Source: Botryllus schlosseri
Lineage: Eukaryota
Direction: 5' to 3'
NCBI GenBank assembly: GCA_051294905.1
Contig: CM119378.1
Span: forward strand, 19,158,001-19,222,000
Length of the DNA stretch: 64,000 nucleotides
Part shown: in pieces, positions 23,801 to 35,000 of the stretch
Layout of the letters: every line of letters starts with the position of its first letter
How positions within the stretch are numbered: position 1 is the stretch's first letter
The notes under the pieces: model-generated
Seen by the model: the letters and a program-made list of their open reading frames with translations, nothing else
What the model was told of the DNA's origin: nothing
Database searches by the model: none
Translations under genes and position numbers: made by a program

Positions 23801-26178
23801 TTAGAGTGTGAAGGAAAAGCGATCAGACGAGGCAAATTTAGCAAATAAGTTACGGTCGCAGATGCCAGCATCTTATTTCTGTGTTATAGTTTTTATACAC
23901 ACAAGAACGTGCATGTGGCCAGCATTACATATATCACTGTACACCGGACAACATATTAAATATGCGATGACTGGTTTACCGAACGCGGCCGGTGCATAAT
24001 TTCTTTTATTTTGAGAGAAAAAGAGAGAACCTCAATATCCACTGCTCAGATATGCACATCATGATTTGGCTACAGATTTTTCAGCGGGGGCCTTGTCAGC
24101 CGCAACTTCCTCCACTGACACGGTTTGGGACTGGTACACCAATGGCCAGGTTTTGGGTATATCCGTCTGGCGTCGAAGGCCCTGACATGCCGTCGTGAGT
24201 AAACTGTGACCACGTAAATATTGATCCCTAACTCAAATTAAAGTTACTTACTATGCAGTAATTTCAGAGTCGTGTATTTTGTTCAAGGTCATTTACGTTG
24301 GTGGCGACACATCAACACTTGTAACGATCTTAAACTCTAATCATATTTACTTTTCCAATTGGTCCCGGAGAGGAAAAGGTAGTATAGATGCCATTGCTGC
24401 AAAAGATCATACCTCTCATCTTCCCTGCAGCATTAATTTAATTGCGTTCACTGTTTTACTCATGCAAATCTGATACGGCGATGATACGCCGGGTGACCTT
24501 CTTGGTATAAAATTTTACGTTCATATTCATTACGATTGCTATCAGGAATTACATGCGATGTTTTCTCAGCGTAAAATCTGCAGCGAGCTTTTTGACTTGG
24601 TGAACATAATTTGTCAGGAATATCATATTCACGTACCATTTTCCTGCCTTCGGGGTGCTGCTTGTGATCGCGTATCTGATTACGATTCGAGCCGGTCAAA
24701 GGCCATCGCTGTTTGATAAGTGAAGTTTTGTGGGTTACAAGATTTGATTGCAGGATTGGTAAAGCTTAGGAGGAGAAAGCCATTGTCGATTATTATGGAA
24801 ACGATATTACCGTGTGCAATCGGTTGGAAAATTTGCACATAGCTACCAATGAGTATGAGTCTATCGGCTGTCGCGACTCGCACTATACTTCTCAATCTTT
24901 TACATTCATCGGTATGCCAAGATGATTCGCTAACAACCCCAAACAGAGACCAAAATTTACCATACCAATGCATAGGTATATCGCTTACTAAAATGAATTT
25001 TCCCCTACAGCTGATACCACCTCGGTTATTGCCTGCCGCCCGGGACCTCCTCCGATCCCCACGAGACAGCACAATTTCGTGTACAAAAGAAAGCCAAGAT
25101 CCCCGTTCGTCAGTCTTCGAAACGCGCCAGCAACACCGGTGTTCAAGACAATTACGAAGCATGCTTTGCTGAAGAGAGGTCCCCAGAATTACCCGCACCG
25201 TTACGACAAAGAGAACGCCATTAAAGCCGGCTTTTATGGACCAAAGGAAGGTCAGTGTGAAGAATTAACGAGGTCTCTCAAACTTTATCGTTTCGTTTAC
25301 GTAAAAATAATGACATTGTAATCTCTAATAAAGCTTTCACGATGCGGCGGTCTCCAAACTCTGTCCGTGTATAACGTAACCACTGACCAATTCGACGTCG
25401 CCGCACAGTCAGAAACAACACTTTTAATATTCACACGAGGTCAGATGTGCATTGAGCGTGCTAGGTTCACATTCACGTCAAATACTACCATGGTGTCGAC
25501 TGGATGTATTAGCATTTTACAGTATGACCAATATGTCCGTCCAAGCATATTACACTGCTTAGTATATCGCTTTGGGAACGTACCAACTGTAGGTATTATT
25601 TCCAACCGTGACTACCCGATTACACGAATACAAACAATGTGGCAAGCCCCGAGCTACATCTTTCCGTGTTTTGATATAAATTGAATCAAACATGCGATTA
25701 GTATAGCTCAACACCATACACACACCCATTCAGTCCGTACAACACTTTAGTGTTTTGTTGCAGCTAAAACAATATCCATGGAGGATGCAAAACGCCTGTA
25801 CAGATCCAATGTAGCCGGATTAGTGAGGCACGCGCCTTCCGTATCGTCAACGATTCCTTTCTCCGGTACAGTACTGCGTATTGAATGAATCACCATCGGT
25901 ACGTATTATTTTCATGGTATATTCTCCATTCAGAACCGCCGATGCTGATGCAAATACCACCAAAACAAATTCCGGCACTCAGAAGATCTCTGAGAGCAGT
26001 CGATGCCTCGCAGCGAGGGAAGATTCCAGTTAACGCATTCCGGCACGTGCTGCACCAATACGGAGTGGAATTCCAAGATCCCAATGAGCTTTTTGATTTC
26101 CTTCGCCACTACGACACTAAATTGAGCGATCAAATATCGTATGAAAGATTTTTGCAGAATATGCTCGTCACAGTGTAA
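4893..26178 (+). CDS. EFCAB6: EF-hand calcium-binding domain protein 6-like (EFCAB6/DJBP-like), spliced, 5'-partial
   Basis: join(4893-5065,5127-5283,6552-6667,7551-7688,7775-8039,9078-9170,9405-9553,10024-10137,11480-11633,12831-13006,13250-13378,13499-13648,14203-14339,18351-18493,23152-23350,25011-25250,25764-25865,25934-26178) = 2880 nt, all GT-AG, phases consistent, no internal stop. Repeated EF-hand pairs (DPFGEGTVPKEAF, DTEHKGEITKADL, DPMGTSRVPKEDM, DASQRGKIPVNAF, DTKLSDQISYERF). The C-terminus resembles the EFCAB6 C-terminal EF pair as I recall it; the symbol is less certain than the gene structure. Confidence 0.8.
5831..5878. repeat. (AAAT)12 microsatellite
   Basis: Perfect 48-nt tetranucleotide run. 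Confidence 0.95.
6742..6879. other. Assembly gap (138 N)
   Basis: Run of N inside an intron. Flanking exons 6552-6667 and 7551-7688 join in phase, so no coding exon is required in the gap. Confidence 0.99.
8410..8711. mobile_element. hAT-like MITE with TAGGGTTACCATA ends (family shared with 61569-61859)
   Basis: TIR TAGGGTTACCATA/TATGGTAACCCTA and GTCCTC/GAGGAC subterminal motifs. No TSD recognisable. Confidence 0.7.
10929..11050. repeat. Dispersed repeat carrying a TGACGTCA palindrome
   Basis: Diverged copy at about 56037-56165 (CAGGGGTA..CTAGTAGAGAATTG..ATATCAAC..AATATGACGTCACC). Confidence 0.55.
11095..11466 (+). mobile_element. Penelope-like retroelement remnant (GIY-YIG endonuclease region)
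   Basis: PWIGPIFTRFEKQLISAVSKCY...KDVLPALQQSNVVYEYRCHCD / frameshift near 11290 / GYVGRTSKRLQDRINQHVP...SAIGKHL matches the PLE GIY-YIG pattern (VVY..C.C..YVG.T.R.L..R..QH). Confidence 0.85.
13787..13890 (+). CDS. Candidate mutually exclusive alternative exon of the EFCAB6-like gene
   Basis: TTTTGTTAG|...ACAG|GTAAGG, stop-free, phase 2 to 1 like exon 14203-14339. LFLMTFPESVRQWHSI aligns with GFILTASELSRLWLSM. Confidence 0.6.
14696..16284. mobile_element. hAT non-autonomous element with internal tandem duplication and nested MITE
   Basis: TIR CAGAGCCGTAAC / GTTACGGCCCTG; perfect 8-bp TSD TTCATGAT (14688-14695, 16285-16292). Confidence 0.85.
15699..16001. mobile_element. GG..CC MITE with (CCTAA/CCCTAA)-rich core (Merlin- or MULE-like), nested
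   Basis: About 26-bp TIR (GGnnnnnnGACATATGAGCATGCGAC); perfect 8-bp TSD GGCGTAAG (15691-15698, 16002-16009); core of CCTAA/CCCTAA variants at about 15805-15905. Confidence 0.8.
16430..16796. mobile_element. hAT (Ac-type) MITE
   Basis: TIR TAGAGATGT; perfect TSD GTTGCTAT (16422-16429, 16797-16804); ATCC/GATCC subterminal motifs. Confidence 0.9.
19281..19994. mobile_element. hAT (Buster/Charlie-type) MITE
   Basis: TIR CAGGGGTCRCCAAC (13/14); GGCCCGCG subterminal motifs; perfect TSD GCTTACAC (19273-19280, 19995-20002). Confidence 0.9.
20332..20392. repeat. Local 27-bp direct duplication
   Basis: AGCGCTTTAGTCAGTAAAATTCGATTT at 20332-20358 and 20366-20392, with a 7-nt spacer. Confidence 0.9.
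20534..21285 (-). mobile_element. Buster/Charlie hAT deletion derivative (copy 2)
   Basis: CAGTGGTTCTCAACC end at 20534; the internal block 20955-21285 is similar to 3240-3975. Other end eroded. Confidence 0.55.
21434..21795. mobile_element. hAT (Buster/Charlie-type) MITE
   Basis: TIR YAGTGGTTCYCAA; TSD AGTTAGAC/AGTTATAC (7/8). Confidence 0.85.
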
Positions 26179-26821
26179 ACGATTTCCTTAACTATACTTG
26201 CTCGAACAGAATAGGACATATACTATTTTCTTGATGATGTTTATCAGAGATTGGAATGAGTTTGTCTGCCATTTAGCGTTGTCTGATAATTGCCGTTGAT
26301 GGATTAAAGTCGATGTATGATTTCGAAAATCGTTCATTCTAATTGCTCAGAATTAATAGTGGAGGATGATGAAGCAGGAGCGCCGATGTCTGATGAATAT
26401 AGTGTTTCAGTCGTCGGGAAATGCGCAGACTTTGCGGTTAAATAATTTCATAATTGCTGAGCTCAAGCGCGATTATTGGTAATCTACACAAAATTGCTAC
26501 TTTGTTGTGCAGCGGGCGAGCCGATGTCCAACCGCTTGTCTCCTATTAGACGCCGGTCACATGCGCTGTAGAGCAGTGGTTCTCAACCGCCGGTCCGCGG
26601 ACCAGTGCCGGTCCGCGACGACTTTCCTGCCGGTCCGCCAAGCATATTACAATTATATACCATAATTCAAAGATGCAATATTTTGAAGGCTTGTCCATTG
26701 ACAAAATAAATGAAACATCAAATTTATTTTAAACTGATTAAGAACTTCGTGAGGTGATATTCAGACTTGTACAAACTAAACATTTAGTTAGTTGACGGTC
26801 AACTAACTAACAGTTTTTTGA

Positions 26822-26985
26822 GTAGTTCTAGTTCTAGTTGTAGTTGCGGATTTTGAAAATTGCGTAGTTCTAGTTCTAGTTGTAGTTGCGGATTTTGAAA
26901 ATTCTGTAGTTCTAGTTCTAGTTGTAGTTGCAGATTTTGAAAATTAAGTAGTTCTAGTTCTAGTTTTAGTTGCGCATTTCAAAAA
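26822..26985. repeat. 4 x 42-bp subterminal tandem array (left)
   Basis: Units GTAGTTCTAGTTCTAGTTGTAGTTGC..TTTTGAAAATT.. start at 26822, 26864, 26906, 26948. Confidence 0.9.
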
Positions 26986-27323
26986 AACATTAGTTGCCGA
27001 ACAACTAGAAAACAACACTCGTGTGTCCTGCCCTGTGCGATGAGAACTCTCCTCGCGTGACAAGTGAGGTTACTTAGGGTTACTAATGTGATCATGACAA
27101 AGGATCAAATGCTCATTGCTGGATCATAGTTAACACATTGATTATGCTGAGTTCACTGATAACTCGGCACATTTACAACAATCGACAGTGCGCAGCGCAC
27201 GCGATCTCCCGCTGGGGTTGTTTACTAATTGGAATGTGAACTAGTGATCTACTGCTGTGTGCTGGCGAGTATTATCTCGGAACTAAGCTGTCGCGTCTGT
27301 TAACTTACGAGATTTGACTCGCG

Positions 27324-27788
27324 ATGTTGATACCGACCACGCTTGCCCAGGCACAAAGAGAAGACGATCTGGATTCGCCCAAGGTATCTTTACAAAGGAA
27401 ATTGCAGAAATTGCCTGGGTCGTCTCCTCCTGGCTCTCCAACGCACAAGAAACCGAGACTCTCACTCTTCAAATTTCTACCTCCAAGTCAGTGTCGTCCG
27501 CTTGAAGTTAAATCCGGCCCGTCTGAGGTGAAGAAGTATGCCAGGGAACAGCGACTACCCCTGGGTCAGAATGTGCTAAACTGTTGGCGGAATATGACCG
27601 ACTTGCCAGAATTACGGAACTAGGCGAAAGATTTTCTTGGGATGACTGCGACATCTGCGCCTAGTGAAACGGCTTTCTCGCAGGCTGGGATTTTGTATTC
27701 CCGAAAGAGGGCGAAATTCAACGAAAAAACATTTTCGCGACTCATGTTGATTCGCTGCAATCAGCAACCGCTGCAGAAAATGGTTTAG
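27324..27788 (+). pseudogene. hAT transposase C-terminal dimerisation domain remnant
   Basis: VLNCWRNMTDLPELRN*AKDFLGMTATSAPSETAFSQAGILYSRKRAKFNEKTFSRLMLIRCN matches the hATC pattern (W..P.L..A..L...ATS..SE..FS.AG...R). In-frame TAG at 27621; no catalytic domain. Confidence 0.85.
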
Positions 27789-27970
27789 TTTATCCTGTAC
27801 TGATTACAGAATAGTTCTGTCTGTCTGATTTTTCAGTAATTTCGTTGTACCGACGTTCATGTAGAAGGCTGGAACGCCGAATTCGAATAAAATAAAAATG
27901 AATGAGTTGATTGAGAATTAAATTTAGTTAGTTGTGTTTTAGTTAGTTAGTTGCCGGTATTTAAATTTCG

Positions 27971-28138
27971 TTAGTTCTAGTTATAGTTCTAGTTGCGAGT
28001 TCTGAAAATTGAGTAGTTCTAGTTCTAGTTCTAGTTGCAGAATTTGAAAATTGGGTAGTTCTAGTTATAGTTATAGTTGCGAGTCTTAAAAATTGAGTAG
28101 TTCTAGTTATAGTTCTAGTTGCGCTTTTTAAAAATTCA
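27971..28138. repeat. 4 x 42-bp subterminal tandem array (right)
   Basis: Units start at about 27971, 28013, 28055, 28097, in the same orientation as the left array. Confidence 0.9.
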
Positions 28139-31100
28139 GTAGTTTGTACAAGTCTGGTGATATTAGGTCTGGAAACATGTTCGATTTGACTTGACGTTCA
28201 AGACGTGTCATTTGACGACATGCGAGCGACAAGTTCGAGCTGACTCCCTAAACCTCGCAGTTTGCGCGATCATTCGTTTTCGATTCATTCATTTTGTGCA
28301 GGAGCAAACTGCGGCACGCCAAACACTCCAAATGTATAGGGGCAGTGGTTAAACAGACCCAAAATTATTTAGCATACGAATTATACATTATTTTTTTCTA
28401 AACTTTATCCGACATATTTCAATTTTTTCGCGCTCTGCGCGATTTATTGTCACTGAATGTTTTGCTTATTAGGTGCCTTTCTCCAAGAAATACAGATGAT
28501 TTATAGAAATAGGCATTTCGTCGTCAAACATTACCGCGCTACGACGCACCCACACATATTGAAGTTTAGGCTAACATAACATGGGACTCTGAAATGTTTG
28601 TGCCAAAAAATTGGCAGCCAGAAATCCTGGACCGAAAAGGACTTCTCTTTGTTGTCCTAAAACTTCTATATATAGTCAAATTGTCCATAGGCGCCCAAAT
28701 GGCTTGCGCCGAATTTCGCTGTCCTGGCAATCTTGTACCCCACAGGAGAAATGCCATCCCACAAAGAAAAATTATTTGCCAGTGAGAAATACCAACTTGG
28801 AATCTTGTCCGTCTTTTAGTTTAGTGCGCATGGGCGTTTACAATATCTATTCACTATATAACAGACAGTAGGTCGCGAAATAATGACATGCAACGAAGTA
28901 ATTACTCCAACACGCCCGCCCAAATATTTTTAATTACTAATACGTGCCTTACATTTTCCAAGACGACATCTCACTCAATTCTACCGGAAAATCTGATAAT
29001 TACGAGAGAATGAAAAATTTATGGCAATATATATGCAATAACAATATCATTGACCGATTCAGTTATGAATTATAGAAAATATTCGCGCATGGTGCGATTT
29101 ACATAAACTGCCTGCCTACACAGAGTAGAATGAATGTGCTCACAAGTACTGGTGAAAACATCCACCCTACTGTGGGGTCTGGGGGCGATGTCCACCCGCA
29201 GTTTGGCTTCTCATCATGTTGGGGCCTAAGACCAAGGGGAGATGTGGTACAGATGAGACACTGGGACCGAAAATACTTGAAAAATTCTCTGTGATAATCC
29301 CATGATTACAGTACGCGACTCTGTCTACGGTGGAATGCTGGCAGAATCTTTCCTCACATGCAAAAAATTTCGACCTGCGTGAGTTATGGGGTCTGTGACA
29401 AATGATTTACGTTTTAGGAGGTGTAAAATAAATTTGGATCGATATATAGCTTTTTCTATATCACCTTCCACACTAACAAACCAGCCATAAATTTTGATGT
29501 GATGTATAGGGCTTGTATCGGGGTATATAATGACACACATTTTTTAATTCAATACCATCCTCGAGTGAACTATTTTCAATTCAATTACAATATTTATAGG
29601 GTGGGGGGCATATAGTACCATAACCAAATCCAGCAAAATAGTTGGACCAACTAATCACTTTATAACAACAGAAACACGCCTACATATCTAGAGGCTGTAA
29701 ATTATAGTTACCTGTGGTGTTATATCGCTATTACGAGGTATTTGAGAGTCAAAATGTCGATTTGCGGGTAATATAATTAAGTGGCATTAATTTTGTAAGT
29801 TTAGGCGTAAATGGAAACGTGATTTTATGCCAACATTTGAGTATATATAATCTATTTTATTCTTGAATGTGGCGACAACACATTGTTCATTGACTGGCTG
29901 TAGCTTCGATTATAGTACACAACAAAATAAGTTGAAAAATTTGAATTTTTGAGCGTATGTCTCATAGGTCCCATGGCCGTGAGCCTTTGGACCCACCGGG
30001 TGGGGACCGAAGATACGTTCGAGCAATAAATTTTAAACGTTTACGTTTATAAATATTATTAGAAAAGGCGGATATTCATGTAAATGTACGCGATAGGTAA
30101 AGCTTTGATCAAAGTGTTGAGCACGCAAAAGATCTGCTATTCTCGGCTGAAAATTTGTGGGCCAGAGATCATTTAGCAATTTTTGATCCATCGGTACCAC
30201 ATCTCCCCAACGTTTTTTGGGGTAGGCTGACGAAGTGCTTTTTCAGACCTGATTTTGTGAATTGTCGGTATAGCTGTTGTCAGGATTTTTCGTGCGGCGC
30301 ATTTTATTCGTAGTAGCCACAGTAGCCTACGTCTGGTGATAGTGGGCAATGAGCAAGGTAGCATGACAAAGTGCTTGGTTCAACTTCGAAACGCTTCTTA
30401 TCTCGACATTGTCGAAGAGAAGAGTATTATTCGAGTTGTCGTGGTCGGTTAAACCCACGGCATTTGGCACGAAAAATTGTAAAGGACTCTCGTCGGTAGC
30501 AATTTATCTGGACAAGGCAAGACTTGGACGCCAAATCACATGGACGCTATCGTGAACATAATTAATTACGATCAAAACCCCGTAAATGTCACTCTCGAGC
30601 AACAAATACCTGCAAAAAACGGTTGCATATTTACATTTTGGGTTGATTTCAATTTTTAAAAAGATTTCAATTTTTAAAAGTCCACCGGTCCGCCAAATAT
30701 TTTTTGAAATTTTACCGGTCCGAGAGGTGAAAAAGGTTGAGAACCACTGCTGTAGTGTGACCTATGTGCATGTAAACGGCATACTTTCTGAACCCGGTCC
30801 CTCTTCTGAAATCTACGGAATAATCGACAGTCCGCCCACATAACATAAGAGTGGCCGTAATAGTGTCATTGCATCAACCATATTTTATATCTCCAAATTT
30901 ATCACATTCTCATAGTGGAGAGTGCACGAAGACTGAAATGGATTGGCAAGATTGATGTATTGTTAGCAGGGATCTGGAAGCTATGTACTGCTGAAGGTTT
31001 ATTTAATATCTTCAGCTACTGTGATAACTTCCGATCGGATTTGTACACCATGCACGCACTATCGCACATACACGTTACACATATGATACGAAAGGATGAA

Positions 31101-32015
31101 ATTATTACCAATATGCTCAGTTGTTCACTGTTTATCTAAATCGTTGAGTCAGATCATAAATCTTACTGCAACGGTAACTTGAAGGGGTAGAATGAGTCTG
31201 GTTCCCTAAATGCGGTGGTATATTTATCTGCGTCAATACGTGAGATATAATTATACAATTTATAATTACATTGCCGAGGTTTCGAAGCAGTGGTTATTAT
31301 TTTCCACTAAACTTGGAAATATAGTTGATCAAACCCTGGTTTTCGGGTACGTTATTGAATAACTTGCTAACTTCATTCAAATCGCACCGAAGTGCGATAT
31401 CGCATCAGCCGTATATGCCGCGATAACGTTTGTTTTGCGGGTATTTCGCGAAAGTTTGATAACCGCGATTTGCTTTCACACCATTTCGAGACAGCCGGTA
31501 CCATCAGGCGAAGGGAGCAGGCGTTTTTCTAGTTTTCCTTCAACAGATATGCGGTGTCTGACAATTCTGATCCCACTACTACGGGAGATCTTTTTTCTTA
31601 CGCCTCGTCAGCAGTCATGCGTTACGTCCGTGAAATTTCAAAAGCTTTACGGTCTGCGTCGCACCAGTAGCGCTAGGCGGTCTGTCGAGTGCGTATACTG
31701 GCGTAACACCGGCCGGCGGTGCGCGGTGTCTGTTGCTATATCAGATCAATGGGATCTTGATAGTTCTTATGAGTAGAGGGGCTGTTTACAAACTCATGGT
31801 ACAATCCGATATATGCAGCAAACAGAATTTCAGGGGGCAGGTACAAGCAATTAGTGATTGACTCGAAGGGCCAATCATCTTGTCGTTAATTGACAGAGAT
31901 CACTTAGAACTGTTAATATACCAGTATATACTGAGGCGCATGCGAATAACGGGCAAGCTGGACAGGATAAAATCGCAATCTTAACCGAACTGACCTACGG
32001 ATTACCGGCACCGCG

Positions 32016-35000
32016 ATGAGTATGGCCTTATCTGACCTTAACGACGCCCTCGTCAAGACTAGATCGGACGATATGGATATCCTTGGGGCAAGTTATTACA
32101 AACTGGTGAGTAAATGGGGGTCGACACTCACCATGTCTAAACCAATATGACGGCGCGTCTGGTCTACTCGGTTCTATATTCGTGTGTTCGATTGATACGC
32201 TTCGTCAGATTGATTCGCAACGTTGTTGTGTTCTGAACTGGTAAGGAGGACATTAATACACGAACCCCTACTTTTAAGCTATTTCATTCCTACAACGAGA
32301 TACTATACTGCAGGAAATAGCATCCCCCCCGTGTCTTGCCATCGATACAATTCGGATTCGTGAGGATTCAAGTCTTCGTGCATTGTCTCTGTGGGTCTTT
32401 TGCGACCTTGCTTGCACTGTCGCCTGCGCTGCGGTTTCGAACAGTGCTTTGATAAATGATATCTCTATTTTGGAATGCGGATGCTTGCAGTAGTTACACA
32501 TCAAACTGGCCGTTATATTGTACTTCCGTGTGACCGCGATAGTTCGGCGCATATTGACAATGTCACATAATCCGATTTAGTTTGCTTGCATTGTGATAGT
32601 AGAAACGTCCAAATGGGCAGTTTGTGATTGATGTTATAAGTAACTATTTATACCCACCGGACTACTTGATGACATCCAATTCGCGCTGGTCACTTGAAGG
32701 TATTCAGCAACAGCATTTCTGGATATCGATTCAATCTGTCGTACACAGTGCAAGAACTTTCATTTAACATAATGGAATACGGGCAGTAGGGCAAAGTACA
32801 AAGTGCCATTCTGACCCGAAACTTAGTTCATTTACTATGCGTGCGGTTTACTTGGATATGTATTGTCTAATATGAATGAAGCTATTTTGGACGTGAATGG
32901 TTGCGGAAGGAACAAGTTGTCGCCGAAAACACGCAATGGGTTAAGCTCTTGCTAGCAAATAATACTCACATATGTGAACGTCAACCAAATCTCTTCGGCA
33001 TATAAAGCCGACCAAGATATCATTGCCTCATATTTGACAGCTGACGTCATAGAGAAGATCCGCGTGTGTTGAATAATTCAATACCTACTATTTTGAAGGC
33101 ATTTGTATATATTATGTTTTCAATTGTGAATTGTAATTTTCTTACCGACCGTGTCAGGCGAATTGGAAATGCTAAAGACGTCAACGGGGAATACTTACTC
33201 GAGGAATGAACGCCCTAGGCTATCTCCGCTATCATGCTTGAGTGCCTGAAAGGATAGTGCGATGAGTCATAAATCGGTGGTAGGAAATAACACGGCGGGC
33301 CTTGAATTTTGCATGTGTACGCGCACGCGCAGTTTATCCTGAGCACACGTACGCGAAACGCGTTGACGCCGCGACGCAGGTTTAATTGTTCTAAACATGG
33401 GGGATAATTTGAAATCTTGTGACGACACTATGCGATGTTACTACATGTCTGATGGAAATACCGATAATTATCAGTTAATCGCTCAAGTTTGCCTAAGGGC
33501 GTTCCAAGCAACCGTTCATAAATAGAGTGTTTCTGATGATACCGGTCCGACGTCTGTGCGTAGCTTTTTCCGTCATACTTCTGCGACCAGCACTTATGTG
33601 TCGTGATTTCCATAGTTTCTATAACGTCGCCGCCGAATAATAAAACCGGGAGTTTCAGATGTTTGAATTACATTCGATTTTCAAATGATAGCGCGTCCAC
33701 CCGATTTAAACGCCTTCGTCAAATAAGAAATTCACTGCAAGTATACGCACACGATTTGATCTTGGTCTTTTGTGGAATGTTTACCTTCACCGCTGTTTTG
33801 TGGTTGCGTGAACTGTGCCCTTTATGTTCCCATAATGAATGAGACTCTGGCATGGGTCAGTAACGCGTAATGCAGAATACCAAGCGACTTAAATCACGCC
33901 CCGTATCCTACATGATACAAGAGTCGATTCAAATGGAGCCCATAAGGTTCCATTATAATCTAGCTCGTTGGGGAAGCTACTTAGTTCCATTTCGATTTGT
34001 TGCTGCATGCTTCATGAATTCACAATGATCACAAGATATCCCTGATTAATTCGAACTGGTGCCGTGGAGAATGCTCTTGTTTACATGGATTTCACGGCTG
34101 CTAATCGCCGGTAGCGCATTAATGTTTAATCCATTCGTACACAGTCGGCGATACAATTAATAATGTGTGCCGATGCAAGCGAGGGACGGCTAACGTGATA
34201 TTTATGACATGTATATAATACTGCTATGGAAATCACGTTGGGTTTTGTACACTGTAAATCCATGGGTTGAAATGTGTGTATTTATAAGATTTTACCCATA
34301 GGGAGGGGGAGGTGTGAATCAGGTGAACGGGTTTCTCAGGTACCAAATTCTTATTTCAAACGCACACTGTTCACATACACAATCACTATGGACATTGGAC
34401 ATATGTCCTAGGCGTGTAGCAGGTTAGGTTATGTTCAAGTTTATCGAATTTTGCGTATTTCTTGGGGTGGTACTAACAGAACTCACTACACCCCTGCGAT
34501 ATATAATATATCATTACGAATTGGTGTATTTGACTCATTTTCATCCATTGGAAGGGTGTCAAAGCAGAATTTGCTACCTGAAAGTGCGGTTTTCCTGATT
34601 TATACACTACACTAGGAGTGTAGCTTGTGTGTACATTTCTGAAAACCTTTTCGCAGCCGTTCTGTGATGAAGATATCAACCATTTCGGAAACGGCATGGA
34701 CGACGCTAACGACTGGGTGAACAGCATGTTGGAGGACCGCTTCGTGAACGGCACGGGTGAACTGTTCACTCCGTCGTCACCGTCGTGTTCCTCCGGGGCG
34801 CTATCGCCCTCGTCGACGTCTTCGGGTTCTTCGCACGGAAACGCGCCGCACGAACACGCCTACTCACTTATTAACGACCGACCCGACACCCCGCTGACTG
34901 CTGTGAAGTTTGAAGACTTTTCGAACGGTAATTGCTCGATTAGTTGTCAGTGAATTTGGGATTCCAGCATTCATTAGCTATTAGTCTGAGTGTATATGAG

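Larger units (their letters stand above)
26762..28156 (+). mobile_element. Nested Ac-type hAT deletion derivative
   Basis: 17-bp TIR CAGACTTGTACAAACTA; perfect TSD GTGATATT (26754-26761, 28157-28164); 42-bp repeat arrays at both ends. Confidence 0.92.
26574..30749. mobile_element. Composite Buster/Charlie hAT element (4.2 kb) between the EFCAB6-like and CREB3L genes
   Basis: 15-bp TIR CAGTGGTTCTCAACC; CCGGTCCG subterminal motifs at both ends; TSD CTGTAGAG/CTGTAGTG (7/8). Weak Buster transposase-like traces at about 30490-30600 (RQDLDAK, MDAIVNIINY). Confidence 0.85.

Noticed and set aside
24680-25198. 172-aa minus-strand ORF (longest in the track)
   Set aside because: It is antisense to exon 25011-25250 and has no motif or splice support; treated as a shadow ORF.
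26822-28138. CRISPR-like array of regularly spaced repeats
   Set aside because: Units are contiguous 42-bp tandem copies with no unique spacers, lie inside a TIR/TSD-bounded transposon, and no cas genes are present; the context is eukaryotic.
30130-30440. Ac/ZBED1-like transposase trace on the minus strand (KRWGDVVPM resembling TRWxS)
   Set aside because: It needs frameshifts, and the plus strand gives an equally weak Buster-like reading (KDLLFS); neither is reliable without a search.
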